From Bispira polyomma (lineage: Eukaryota): 64,000 nucleotides of DNA. The notes under the pieces were generated by a model, which ran no database searches, had not been told where the DNA came from, and saw only the letters and a list, made by a program, of their open reading frames with translations. Shown in pieces: positions 53,424 through 64,000 of the stretch; within the stretch, counting starts at the first letter, position 1, and each line of letters opens with the position of its first letter. Both the position numbers and the translations under genes were made by a program. Location: assembly GCA_965649765.1 (NCBI GenBank), contig OZ287758.1, positions 17,236,001 through 17,300,000 of the forward strand, given 5' to 3'.

Positions 53424-56185
53424 ACTGAATACAGCCGTATTTTATTGGTGGAAAGTTGGCCAATTCCTTATGGTAACTATATAATTATAGACATTTGGGT
53501 CACTGGGCATGAGATCACGGACATTATACGTTGTGTGGTAAATCAACTGCTTGCTACCAAATTTTAAAAGAAAATACCAAACATTGGTTTGGCTAAAGTA
53601 AAAATCAAAAGTGAATTAGTAACTTATAAGTTAGCTATATTAAAGCTTCTGGTAAAAATTCACATGGAACACATTTAAATAACGACACAGTTTTAATGTT
53701 TACATTTCTTGAATTCCCTGGTATGACGAACATGTATTACAATGCTAATATTACACCATTAGTATCTATGTATAGAATATTCCATTTCTCGTCCTTGTTC
53801 TGTTCATTCTGCCCTATGATTGAATGTATTTACTGTGTAAGTTTTCCCCGTACTTTGCTCCTGGCAATAACTACACTGGTGAGAACACTTCAAGGTAGAG
53901 TCCTGGCACTAAACCATGTACTGTAACTCCTTAAGGGGTTAATGGGCCACAAACAGTCAAACATTGGGGAATATGTGGGCAAACATTGGTTGTATGAGAG
54001 TTTTCCGCAAGACCTTAACATGTCCCCCAGTCAGAACTCCCCCCAGTTTGTGGAGAGAGACATTGAGGTGTAGCTCACTGTAATTGAAGAGTTCTAAAGG
54101 ATTGGCATTCTTACTAATGACAACAATAAGCCCTAAATGACATCACTTCTGAGGTTTGGTAATCCCCCCTTTTAAAATCAAGGAAACACCTTATTAAGCT
54201 GTACTTCTTTGCATCTGATTAATCTTGACAAAGAGTGGAGAATCTCTGTAAGCGACACTTCTGAGGGTACTCTGAGTACAATACTACTACACACTGACTT
54301 GTAGCTTGTGTATGAACCGATTAGAGATCCAACCAACCCCTTACAGTAAATGACCAAGTTAAAACAGAGAAGCTTTGTTGTAAATAGTGGAAGCCATCAA
54401 CTACTTTATTACACTCTACTGGATGTACACACCCACATAGTGTGTAACAGGCTATCTAGGACAGCTCCACAATTGCTCTTTAGTTGTATCCCAAACTACA
54501 ACTAAACTGAAAATACCTACTTTTGCCTACATTACTCAGCGAACTACCAAACAACTACCAAATACCCTATTTACCACAGAGTGACTTTGTTGTAAGTGGT
54601 TAAAACCCCCCACTACTTCATTACACCCTAGTATCAATACCAACCCATAAACCTGTAAACAGCCATCTTCTATTAAGTAACAATCTCTCCCTTTCTTAAT
54701 TTTTAATTAATTGAGGTGTGTTATTTGACGGTTATTTCACTAAACATATTCAAATGATTAGTACATCCTGTGTTGTTGTTCTCAGAGACATCTGCCCATG
54801 GATACGTGAAAATGCGCCATTTTTTTGTCATGTAGATCACTGTACATCCCCTCATTAAAGTATATCTGTGAATGATACACCCCTGTATTGACATTACATC
54901 TGTGGGTTCAAACTCTGACATGATATGAATGTGGGGAAGTGGGTAGTAGACTTGCTGAAGGCTGGGGGTTTGCAAGATCAGAAATCTATAGCCCTACTCT
55001 ATTATGCTTTTCTACACCGATTATCTGTCCATTCCGATATAATACACAATTTTGAAAGGTCAATTAAACTGAAAATAAATAAATCTAACTCCCTTAGCCA
55101 TATATCTTGGGTATAAAAGTTTAATGTCAATGATAGAAAATTTAACAATTAGATATTCAGATAACAGTCAATATAAGTGAACAACTATTTGGGAATTTCG
55201 AAATATGAGAAAGAATATGTCAGGGGTAGTGTTATTGGTGGAATATTCAATAAAGTAACACGTGAGTAACATGTAACCACTTAGTTTATTGCTTCAGATG
55301 GTTATGTCACATACTCAGTTGTAATTGAAGGCGGTAATGTGCGAAAAATAGTGACAATTTATGCTAACTGTTACACTTTCAGTGAACCAATACCCAAGCA
55401 ATTTTCCATCCTAAATGTAAGTCGGAAATAGCAGTTTACTGAATCCTCAAATTAACTACAGTTTTTGACTGTTGTACTGCCAAATATTTCATTGACCTTA
55501 TGACTCATTTTCTGTCTATTTCAATCTAATAACAAAATCAAGTTTTAATGACTTTCAATAAATTAAAGGAACTTTCTAATCACTTTTTAAGGCAGTATCT
55601 ATGTTTAAACAATGTCCTATGTTATTTGTGACAGATAGCCTAAATTGATCACATATCACCATATACATACTATAGTAACAATATTGTAGGCGGTAAATGT
55701 TCACAAGTATTGTTTTAATAAATTGGCTTATCTTATGCCTCAAGGCCAATACCTCAATAAGCTGATCATGTGGAACTTAAAGCTACTGAAGCATTTTACT
55801 TATTATAGCAGGGTGCTTTTATTAACTTTCCAATACTTTTACTCCACAAAGTCACTCTTCGATTTTTAGCAATACGTTATTATACATCCAATTAGTGATC
55901 TAATATTAACAAATGTTAAGCAGAACTGATGTCGTATCAGAAACTGTGAGCAAAAACATTACAAGCTGAAGTTGAGTGGTGAATGGTCTTATTCAGAGAC
56001 GGAAGTGTTAACAATGTGTGGGTATTTTGCTGATTTCAATTTGTCCTGATAGTTGTAGAGTCTCAGAGACTATTTATAGACGAGCAGGTCAAGTTTAGTG
56101 TAATTCGGGAACAAGCAGAAGCAGAAACACATAGGAGATAAAGAGTTGAAGTGATTGGACATATACTTTATTGGAGTTAGCAGAA

Positions 56186-58829
56186 ATGTATAAGGTACTA
56201 GTCTTTTCTAACACATATGTGGTTCATATTGAGTGACAACGTTTATTTTTTGTACGGCTAGTAAGTACTTGTATTTGTTCGGCTAATAAACTAATTAGAC
56301 TGTCAATTTTGCTGTCATTCTGTTGTAATTTGTCTGGTTAAATTGACCATAAAAGATTGCCAGTCTTCTAACTGCTATTCAAACTGACCTCTCAACTTCA
56401 CAGCTGATGTTTAACCAAAACTACTGAGCAGGTTGCAGGTCGTGTAAAGACAAGTCTGTAAAGATATACACCAAAATGAGATTAATGGTTTTCTTTAAAA
56501 AATCTTAACTTTTCTGTGTCGACGTAGTTTTCTGCTAAAACATAAATTCTACCTTTATGCTTACAAATTAATTGTTTAATCACTAACCTTTTGGTTCTCC
56601 CGGGCCACTCTTTTTACCACATGATTAGGATGTGTACTACAGACGATGCCAGACATCCATTGCAATATTATAGAAGTGGCCATATTAACATTTCATGTGT
56701 AGATACTGGAAGAGGTTTTTATTTGTATTATATTTTCACAAAAACATAAATAGAAGACCTGCACATAGACAATCACATCAGTGTACATTACATATATGCT
56801 GACAGTGTCAGTGTACATTACTGTGTTTTTATATTGGCCCAGTATGCCTCCTTGTTTATATGCTGACAGTGTCAGTGCAGATTGCTGTGTTTCGGACTGA
56901 CCCAGTATGCCTCCTTGTTTATATCCTGACAGTGTCAGTGCAGATTGCTGTGTTTCAGACTGACCCAGTATGCCCCCCTTTTTATATACTGACAGTGTCA
57001 GTGGAGATTGCTGTGTTTCAGACTGACCCAGTATGCCTCCTCGTTTATATACTGACAGTATCAGTGTACATTGCTGTATTTCAGACTGCATGCCTCCTCC
57101 TTCTTGTTTACATGGTAGCAGTATGGGTGTACATTGCTGTGTTTCAGACTGTATGGCTCCTTCTCCTTGTTTACATTGTGACGTCATGTTACAGTTATTG
57201 GATAAGTGTACATTGCTATGTTTCAGACTGTATACCTCATTCTCCTTGTTTCCATGGTGACCGTATCACAAGGCCACAAACACCGTCCCTGCTGGCCTCC
57301 TGACAACACCTCACTTAAAGCCCAGTGGTTGAATTACACCTCTGCTAATATCAACCTGAGTCATGAGAGCCAGTTCTTAAGTCCATACCTGGACTACATC
57401 GTCATGCGTCACTTAGAAGACAGCTCTCACCCAGAGAGAAACCAGTGTGTCCAACCGGAGAGGATGGGCGTATCTGGCCATCTGAGTGGATATAGTGACT
57501 GTCCATGGCATCTAGTGTACAATACAGATACCACCAGGTTAGTACTATACAGGTGCTCACAATAAAGCATCTGCACAAATACAACACTAACACTAAATAG
57601 GTATTACTGATATACAACATAAATACTAGCAGGTTTGTACTATATAGGTGCTCACATAAATGTTTAATATAGGCAGATACATAGCGGCTTGGATGGTAAC
57701 TTAAAATCGGGTTCCTCTGTCGTTAGGTCCTATCTCCACTGGCAGGCTGAAGGGACATTGATAAAAGGAATCCTATGTTACTGTTCGATAGAATATGCAG
57801 TTTCTCAAACCTCAGTAGAGTCAGTGTGTGAGTATCCCCCATCATACTCATGTATGTGAGTAGCCACTCCCTTATATTTATTTTACTATGTAACCTCTAT
57901 GTAACTGTCTTATATGTTTACTACTTCTATGTTCTTGGTTTCTCCAGACTCTTGTCCAAGCAGTGTGTAACTATGACAACTGTCTCATATATTTACCACT
58001 TCTATGTTCTTGGTTTCTCCAGACTCTTGTCCAATCAGTATGTAACTATGACAACTGGTTCATATGTTTACTACCTCTGTGTTCTAGGTTTCGTCAGACC
58101 CTGGTCCAAGCAGTGTGTAACTGTGACAACTGTCTCATATATTTACCACTTCTATGTTCTTGGTTTCTTCAGACCTTGGTTCAAACAGTGTGTAACTATG
58201 ACAACTGACTCATATGTTTACTAACTCTGTGTTCTAGGTTTATTGAGACTTTTGTCCAATCAGTATGTAACTATGACAACTGGCTCATATGTTTACTACC
58301 TCAGTGTTCTAGGTTTCTTCAGACTCTTGTCCAAGCAGTGTGTAACTGTGACAACTGTCTCATATATTTACTACTTCTATGTTCTTGGTTTCTCTAGACT
58401 CTTGACTAATCAGTATGTAACTATGACAACTGGCTCATATGTTTACTACCTCTGTGTTCTAGGTTTCTTTAGACCCTGGTCCAAGCAGTGTGTAACTGTG
58501 ACAACTGTCTCATATATTTACTATCTAGGTTTCCTTAAACCCTGGTTCAATCAGTGTGTAACTATGACAACTGACTCATATGTTTACAACCTCTGTGTTC
58601 CAGGTTTCCTCAGACCCTTGTTCAAGCAGTGTGTAACTGTGACAACTGTCTCAGTATCAACAACTCCCTCTACAGCTGTGTACCCATCCACTTCCCTGTC
58701 CGTGTCCTGAGGAAATCAGATCGGTGTCACCAGGGTGTTTACAAATATGACAAGTCTTGGCATAAAGTGGCAATAGGCTGTACATGTGTGAGGAAAGGGA
58801 CAGGAGAAAACCCAGTGTCTGGGAAATAA
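56186..58829 (+). CDS. IL17: Interleukin-17-like cytokine E (exons 56186-56194, 57227-57537, 58604-58829; ~181 aa)
   Basis: MYK|gtacta (this first exon is the least certain); tttcag|TVYLILLVSMVTVSQG...SDCPWHLV...AG|gttagt; ttccag|G-FPQTLVQAVCNCDNC...CVPIHFPVRVLRK...IGCTC. Confidence 0.88.
56775..57262 (+). repeat. 63-bp tandem array built from the intron 1/exon 2 acceptor of IL-17 E
   Basis: attgctgtgtttcag|ACTG starts at 56896 (mutated to cgg), 56959, 57022, 57085 and 57148; the true acceptor is at 57227. Confidence 0.93.
57895..58652 (+). repeat. 75-bp tandem array (10 units) built from the intron 2/exon 3 junction of IL-17 E
   Basis: gttc(t/c)(a/t)ggttt occurs at 57931, 58006, 58081, 58156, 58231, 58306, 58381, 58456, ~58522 (9-nt deletion) and 58597. 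Confidence 0.95.
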
Positions 58830-60215
58830 GAATGTGTGGTGTGTTGGGTAATGTGTAGGAAATAGCAGTGGGTGGTGTATTGGGTAATGTGTAGGAAATA
58901 GCAGTGTGTTGGTTAATATGTAGGAAATAGCAGTGTGTTGGTTAATGTGCAGGAAATAGCAGTGTGTTGGTGAATGTGTAGGAAATAGCAGTATGTGGTG
59001 TATTGGTTAATGTGTAGGAAATAGCAGTGTGTGGTGTATGAGACAATGTGAAGTAAATAACAATGTGTGATGTATGAGACAATGTGTGGTGTATGAGACA
59101 ATGTGTGATGTATGAGACAATGTGTGATGTATGAGACAATGTGAAGTAAATAACAATGTGTGATGTATGAGACAATGTGTGATGTATGAGACAATGTGTG
59201 GTGTATGAGACAATGTGTGATGTATGAGACAATGTGTGATGTATGAGACAATGTGAAGTAAATAACAATGTGTGGTGTATGAGACAAGGGGTGGTGTATG
59301 AGGCAATGTGTGGTGTATGAGACAAGGGGTGGTGTATGAGGCAATGTGTGGTGTATGAGACAAGGGGTGGTGTATGAGGCAATGTGTGGTGTATGAGACA
59401 AGGGGTGGTGTATGAGGCAATGTGTGGTGTATGAGACAAGGGGTGGTGTATGAGGCAATGTGTGGTGTATGAGACAAGGGGTGGTGTATGAGGCAATGTG
59501 TGGTGTATGAGACAAGGGGTGGTGTATGAGGCAATGTGTGGTGTATGAGACAAGGGGTGGTGTATGAGGCAATGTGTGGTGTATGAGACAAGGGGTGGTG
59601 TATGAGGCAATGTGTGGTGTATGAGACAAGGGGTGGTGTATGAGGCAATGTGTGGTGTATGAGACAAGGGGTGGTGTATGAGGCAATGTGTGGTGTATGA
59701 GACAAGGGGTGGTGTATGAGGCAATGTGTGGTGTATGAGACAAGGGGTGGTGTATGAGGCAATGTGTGGTGTATGAGACAAGGGGTGGTGTATGAGGCAA
59801 TGTGTGGTGTATGAGACAAGGGGTGGTGTATGAGGCAATGTGTGGTGTATGAGACAAGGGGTGGTGTATGAGGCAATGTGTGGTGTATGAGACAAGGGGT
59901 GGTGTATGAGGCAATGTGTGGTGTATGAGACAAGGGGTGGTGTATGAGGCAATGTGTGGTGTATGAGACAAGGGGTGGTGTATGAGGCAATGTGTGGTGT
60001 ATGAGACAAGGGGTGGTGTATGAGGCAATGTGTGGTGTATGAGACAAGGGGTGGTGTATGAGGCAATGTGTGGTGTATGAGACAAGGGGTGGTGTATGAG
60101 GCAATGTGTGGTGTATGAGACAAGGGGTGGTGTATGAGGCAATGTGTGGTGTATGAGACAGTGTGAAGTAAATAACAGTGGGTGGTGTATGAGGCAACAG
60201 TATGTGATATATGCA
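58822..60215 (+). repeat. Compound GT-rich minisatellite starting at the IL-17 E stop codon: 36/29-bp units, then 19-bp units, then ~23 apparently identical 38-bp dimers
   Basis: (ggaaatagcagtgtg...taatgtgta)n, then (gtgatgtatgagacaatgt)n, then (gtggtgtatgagacaaggggtggtgtatgaggcaatgt)n over ~59270-60160. Confidence 0.97.
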
Positions 60216-61172
60216 AAGCATTTTGCTTATATATATTTTAAGTCTTTATCCAAGAACTCTGCAGGTCACTAGTTAACATGTGATACAACTTGTGACAAAG
60301 TGACAATTGGCAGAATTGATTTTTGTAAACATAGATATTATTTGTCTCTATTAATTATAAATGTATGTTCAAATACATATGCAGTAAAGATTGTGTTTAT
60401 CTGCAGGGCTAAGTAAAAAGAATTTGTTAAATTAGGAATATGTAGTGTTGATACAGTATAGAATACCATTGGAGCATCTAACTAAAGAAATGCACACTTT
60501 CACAAATTTAGCAACCTAGCTATATAAAAGATTTAATTTTTTATAAACTTTCAATGAAAATTTTAATAATTTTTTTAGGATAAAAGTGAATATATAAATT
60601 TAGTTATCACAATTTTAGATGACAAAGTTGTCCGCTCAAGACAAAGGCAAGTCATGGTGTTAAAGAGTGTTAAATTTGTAACAGGATTAGCACTTACTTA
60701 TAGAACATTTTAATATGGATATATGGTAACAGTTTGAATTTAGTGCTCATCGTATTTAGGGTTTTGTTGCAATAAAATAATGTACTTCTGACAATCTTTC
60801 TATTCGTCAGTGTCTCAATAAGGTACACATTCAAGTCAGATTTCCCAAAAATATTTTGTAAATAAATTTGTCCACACAGCATGAGACTTTCGTCAAGCTC
60901 ATTTTACCTTCATATGTTTTACTTGTATGGTACATATCATTTAATTTTAAGTTGCACTTGACCTCTACATCACTTACACCAAATTTTGAGACTAGTTTCC
61001 AAATCAACTAAATGCCCATTTCCATTATAACCGTTTCAGTCCACAGTTCCTCTGGATAGCAGTGAATTTCAAATAATTACATATTCATGACACAGTGAAG
61101 AGATTGCGGTATAATAATTTTATTAGTTACTAGCACGTAAAGACTAATGGTTTATTTACAGTTCTAGTTGTG

Positions 61173-61284
61173 GGCATAAGGTCACCTTAACTTTAAACCT
61201 TAACCTAAACAAAATGTTTGGCTAAATCAAAAGTGAGATAAAGTAGTACATTATGTTCATTGTTATGTAAGGTGACCTTATGCC
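61173..61284. repeat. 17-bp perfect inverted repeat (MITE-like)
   Basis: GGCATAAGGTCACCTTA (61173-61189) and TAAGGTGACCTTATGCC (61268-61284). Confidence 0.75.
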
Positions 61285-61379
61285 TGTTTCCATTATAAAC
61301 GTTTCAGTCCATTATTAAACAGCAACTTTCAGTTGGTGTCCAGAGGTTTCGCTGTATTGCCAATTCGCTATATAGTTAT

Positions 61380-62403
61380 TTCGCTGTTAAAGTTGGGGGT
61401 TTCGCTGGATATATTATTGATTATCGAGATATCGACTATGGCTAACTCTTTGACACCTTGAAAAAGTGGTTTGGTCATAATGGTACTGTCCTTGATTGGA
61501 TCAAATCGTAACTTGCTCTTAGAACCCCCCCAAAAAAATTGAGTGACCACTTTTCATCCTCTTTCAACCTACCATTTGGAGTACCCCAAGGGTCGGTTCT
61601 CGGCCCTTTACTGTTTACTCACTACACCCATTTTCTCAGTGCAGTCATCAATAATCACAATGTTAAACATCACATGTATGCTCATGACACTCAAATATAT
61701 TTCTCTTTTAACACTCAGAATGCCGGACACAACCTGGATTTACTTGCCGACTGGCTCTCCTCAGTTCAGGCGTGGATGAACTACTCCAAACTCAAGCTAA
61801 ACCCTGACAAAACTGAATTCATCCTAATTGGGAATAAGAAACACAGTGAATACTTAAGATCACTTTTCCCAATCACACTGCTGGTAAATGAGATTAAACC
61901 TTCCGACCAGGTGAAAAACCTAGGTGTCGCTATCGACCCTGCTTTTTCATTTCTTCCTCACATTAACAGCATCTGCCGCTCCTGTTACTATCACATTCGG
62001 GACCTCAAAAGAATCAGAAATTATCTGTCACTAGATACTGCTATCACTGAGGCCAACGCTCTTGTAAGTAGTCATCTCTCTTCAGCAGCCTTAAAAGGGG
62101 AAATAGACTCTCTGTTTCCTCTAAAAAACCCACCAAGAGGGCTGAATCTAGAGCCTTCGGGGTCGCCGCCCCTATGTTATGGAACAGGTTTCCAGTTAAA
62201 CTTAGACTGCTTGAAAGCCTAAAACCTATCTTTTCACGCTCGCCTATCTGTCGTAGTCCTCTTCCTGGATGCTGACACATCCATCCTTACGCCCTGGCTA
62301 TGTTTTTTTTTTATTTTTCTCTTGGCTGATTGATTCCGATGTTGCACCTTAGAAGATGCCTAGCATCAGTAAGGCGCGTTATAAAAGTACTATACAATTA
62401 CAA
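61380..62403 (+). mobile_element. Internally deleted L2/CR1-group LINE fragment with 3' tail
   Basis: [26 protein letters not shown] and ANALVSS, then a jump to the terminal AAP.LWN region and the tail ...ataaaagtactatacaattacaa. Confidence 0.85.
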
Positions 62404-63759
62404 GTTCTGTTTTATTAAAGGAATGTGAAACTGCCGGTACGATTATGTAAAGCAAAGAGTTAACTGGCTAATGAAAAAAGTAACCCATGCAAAACATTCA
62501 AACAAGTCTGGAACGGTCATGACTTCACTGCTACAAAACATGTTTCATTAGCCATTCAAATGGTTGGACTAATAATGCACTACAGTGCTCCTAACTGAAA
62601 CTATATTACAATAGTAGTATCAATAGATGGTGGATACCCTCTCTACGGCTAGACATTTGGGGCAACCTGTTTTCTAAGCCATCTGTCATGGTGTACATGT
62701 TTTGGTATAATGAATGAAATCCCTGCCATCCAAGAATTCAGGGAAGCTTTTCAAACTCGCCTCACTGGACTCATCATCACCATTATGTGCAATAAGAGAA
62801 ATATGTTGCTATTAAGACCTGGCGGAAACAATTTGTCATTATTTCAAATTAAAACTGCTTCTTCCTGAAAGCCTTTCACTGACATTATAATCCATAATGC
62901 GAATGGAAGTATGCTAGACATCAGATTTAGTGGGCATATTTGGTCCATATTGAGCAGGTTGGACTAGCAGTTGCAGTTGTTTTCGTTCTCTGCTTGTCAA
63001 AGCAATACTCTACAAACATGATACTACTTTGGGGCCATTTACACTTTTTCTTTTTAAAATTACAATGCATTTTAGCTGTCAATATGACTAATTAGCTATC
63101 TAACACTATCTGTTGCATCTATGTTGTATGTATCTGATGCACGATTTTAATAAGACCCTTGAAGTGATAAGATAACCTTAGATTAAGTAAGACGATCTTA
63201 TATCATGTTTTTGATGATTTAATTCACAGCATGATATTCATGACTATATGCCAGTTAATGTTTGAAGGCAGAATTTTAGTTATATACAAATATATCCACT
63301 ATTGTTGTTTCACTGTGTCAACAGGCCTTATTTTTTTTTAACTGTATGACACCAAAGAACAATGTCTTACTATATTGTAAGTGGCAGTCACACCAGAATT
63401 TGGTCTTGCGAGTGTCTAAGATAGGTTTCAGACCATCGTACACTCAATATTTTAATGCTAATTGAAGATCATTGAAGACTGGTTATACTGGTCTTAATAT
63501 GATCTTGAGATTGTGTACGATAATCAAAGATAGCTTGAGGATAGGTTGCAGACCACTGTACGTCCAAGTCCAATGTTTTAAAGATCGTTTTAAGATCATT
63601 AAAGGCTGAAACATGTCTGAAAATGGTGTATAATATTAATGTCAGCTTTACTACTGTCTGTACAGTAAAAACACAGTCCTATAGAGTACATAGGGGATGT
63701 ACTGAGAGGGACTGGTCCTATTCTGGTGTCTAACAATGACGTCAGCTTTACTATACAAG

Positions 63760-64000
63760 GTCTGTACACTATAAACACTGTCCTATAGGTCTGTACACTA
63801 TAAACACTCTGCCCCATAGGTCACCATAAGTACACTATTAGTAGACAACAAGTACACCCAGTACAGCATAGTCCAGCATAGTACAGAAAAGTATTTCCAA
63901 GTACACTATAGTACACACCAGTACACCATAGTAAACACATGTACAGCATAGTACGCATCAGTACAGCATAGTGCAACCCCGGTACAGCATAGTGCATCCC
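63760..64000 (+). repeat. Degenerate ~10/20-bp low-complexity repeat running off the end of the window
   Basis: Recurring (c/t)agtaca(g/c)ca units. Confidence 0.75.

Noticed and set aside
50200-56000. Short ORFs (60-85 aa) here and in other intergenic regions; search for a sixth intact IL-17
   Set aside because: No recognisable motifs, no further CP[FYW] or GCxC exons were found, and ORF lengths fit chance in AT-rich DNA.
56693-57303. ORFs of 147-164 aa over the 63-bp array, and similar ORFs at 57850-58710
   Set aside because: They arise from repeat units whose lengths are multiples of 3 and are explained by the junction arrays, not by independent genes.
58913-60221. Three ~400-aa His/Thr/Pro-rich ORFs on the minus strand
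   Set aside because: They are translations of the 38-bp minisatellite, open in all three frames only because the unit has no stop codon on that strand.

Overview
This is AT-rich, intron-containing, repeat-dense eukaryotic DNA from an invertebrate (probably a mollusc or other lophotrochozoan; the taxon is inferred, not proven). The core is a cluster of five three-exon interleukin-17-like cytokine genes, labelled A-E here: A 14533-16292 (+), B 27746-29492 (+), C 41068-43864 (+), D 47431-49098 (-) and E 56186-58829 (+). All have a tiny ATG exon, a phase-0 intron, a signal-peptide/CP[FYW] exon and a cystine-knot exon; intron 2 is phase 2 except in C, where a 4-nt deletion shifts it. Around them lie a decayed DIRS/Ngaro-type tyrosine-recombinase retrotransposon, several CR1/L2-group LINEs, a Tx1/L1 fragment, a Harbinger transposase relic, Harbinger-type MITEs, SINEs and minisatellites. 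The most unusual feature is that the tandem repeats in genes A, B, D and E are amplified copies of the genes' own exon-intron junctions, forming arrays of live and mutated splice sites. In gene D, units with intact donors define frame-preserving 30- or 21-nt micro-exons, while the frameshifting 29-nt units have dead donors. Genes B and C show exon-limited gene conversion, and a cryptic acceptor could rescue the frameshift in C. All coordinates and counts were read by eye; no alignment or database search was run.
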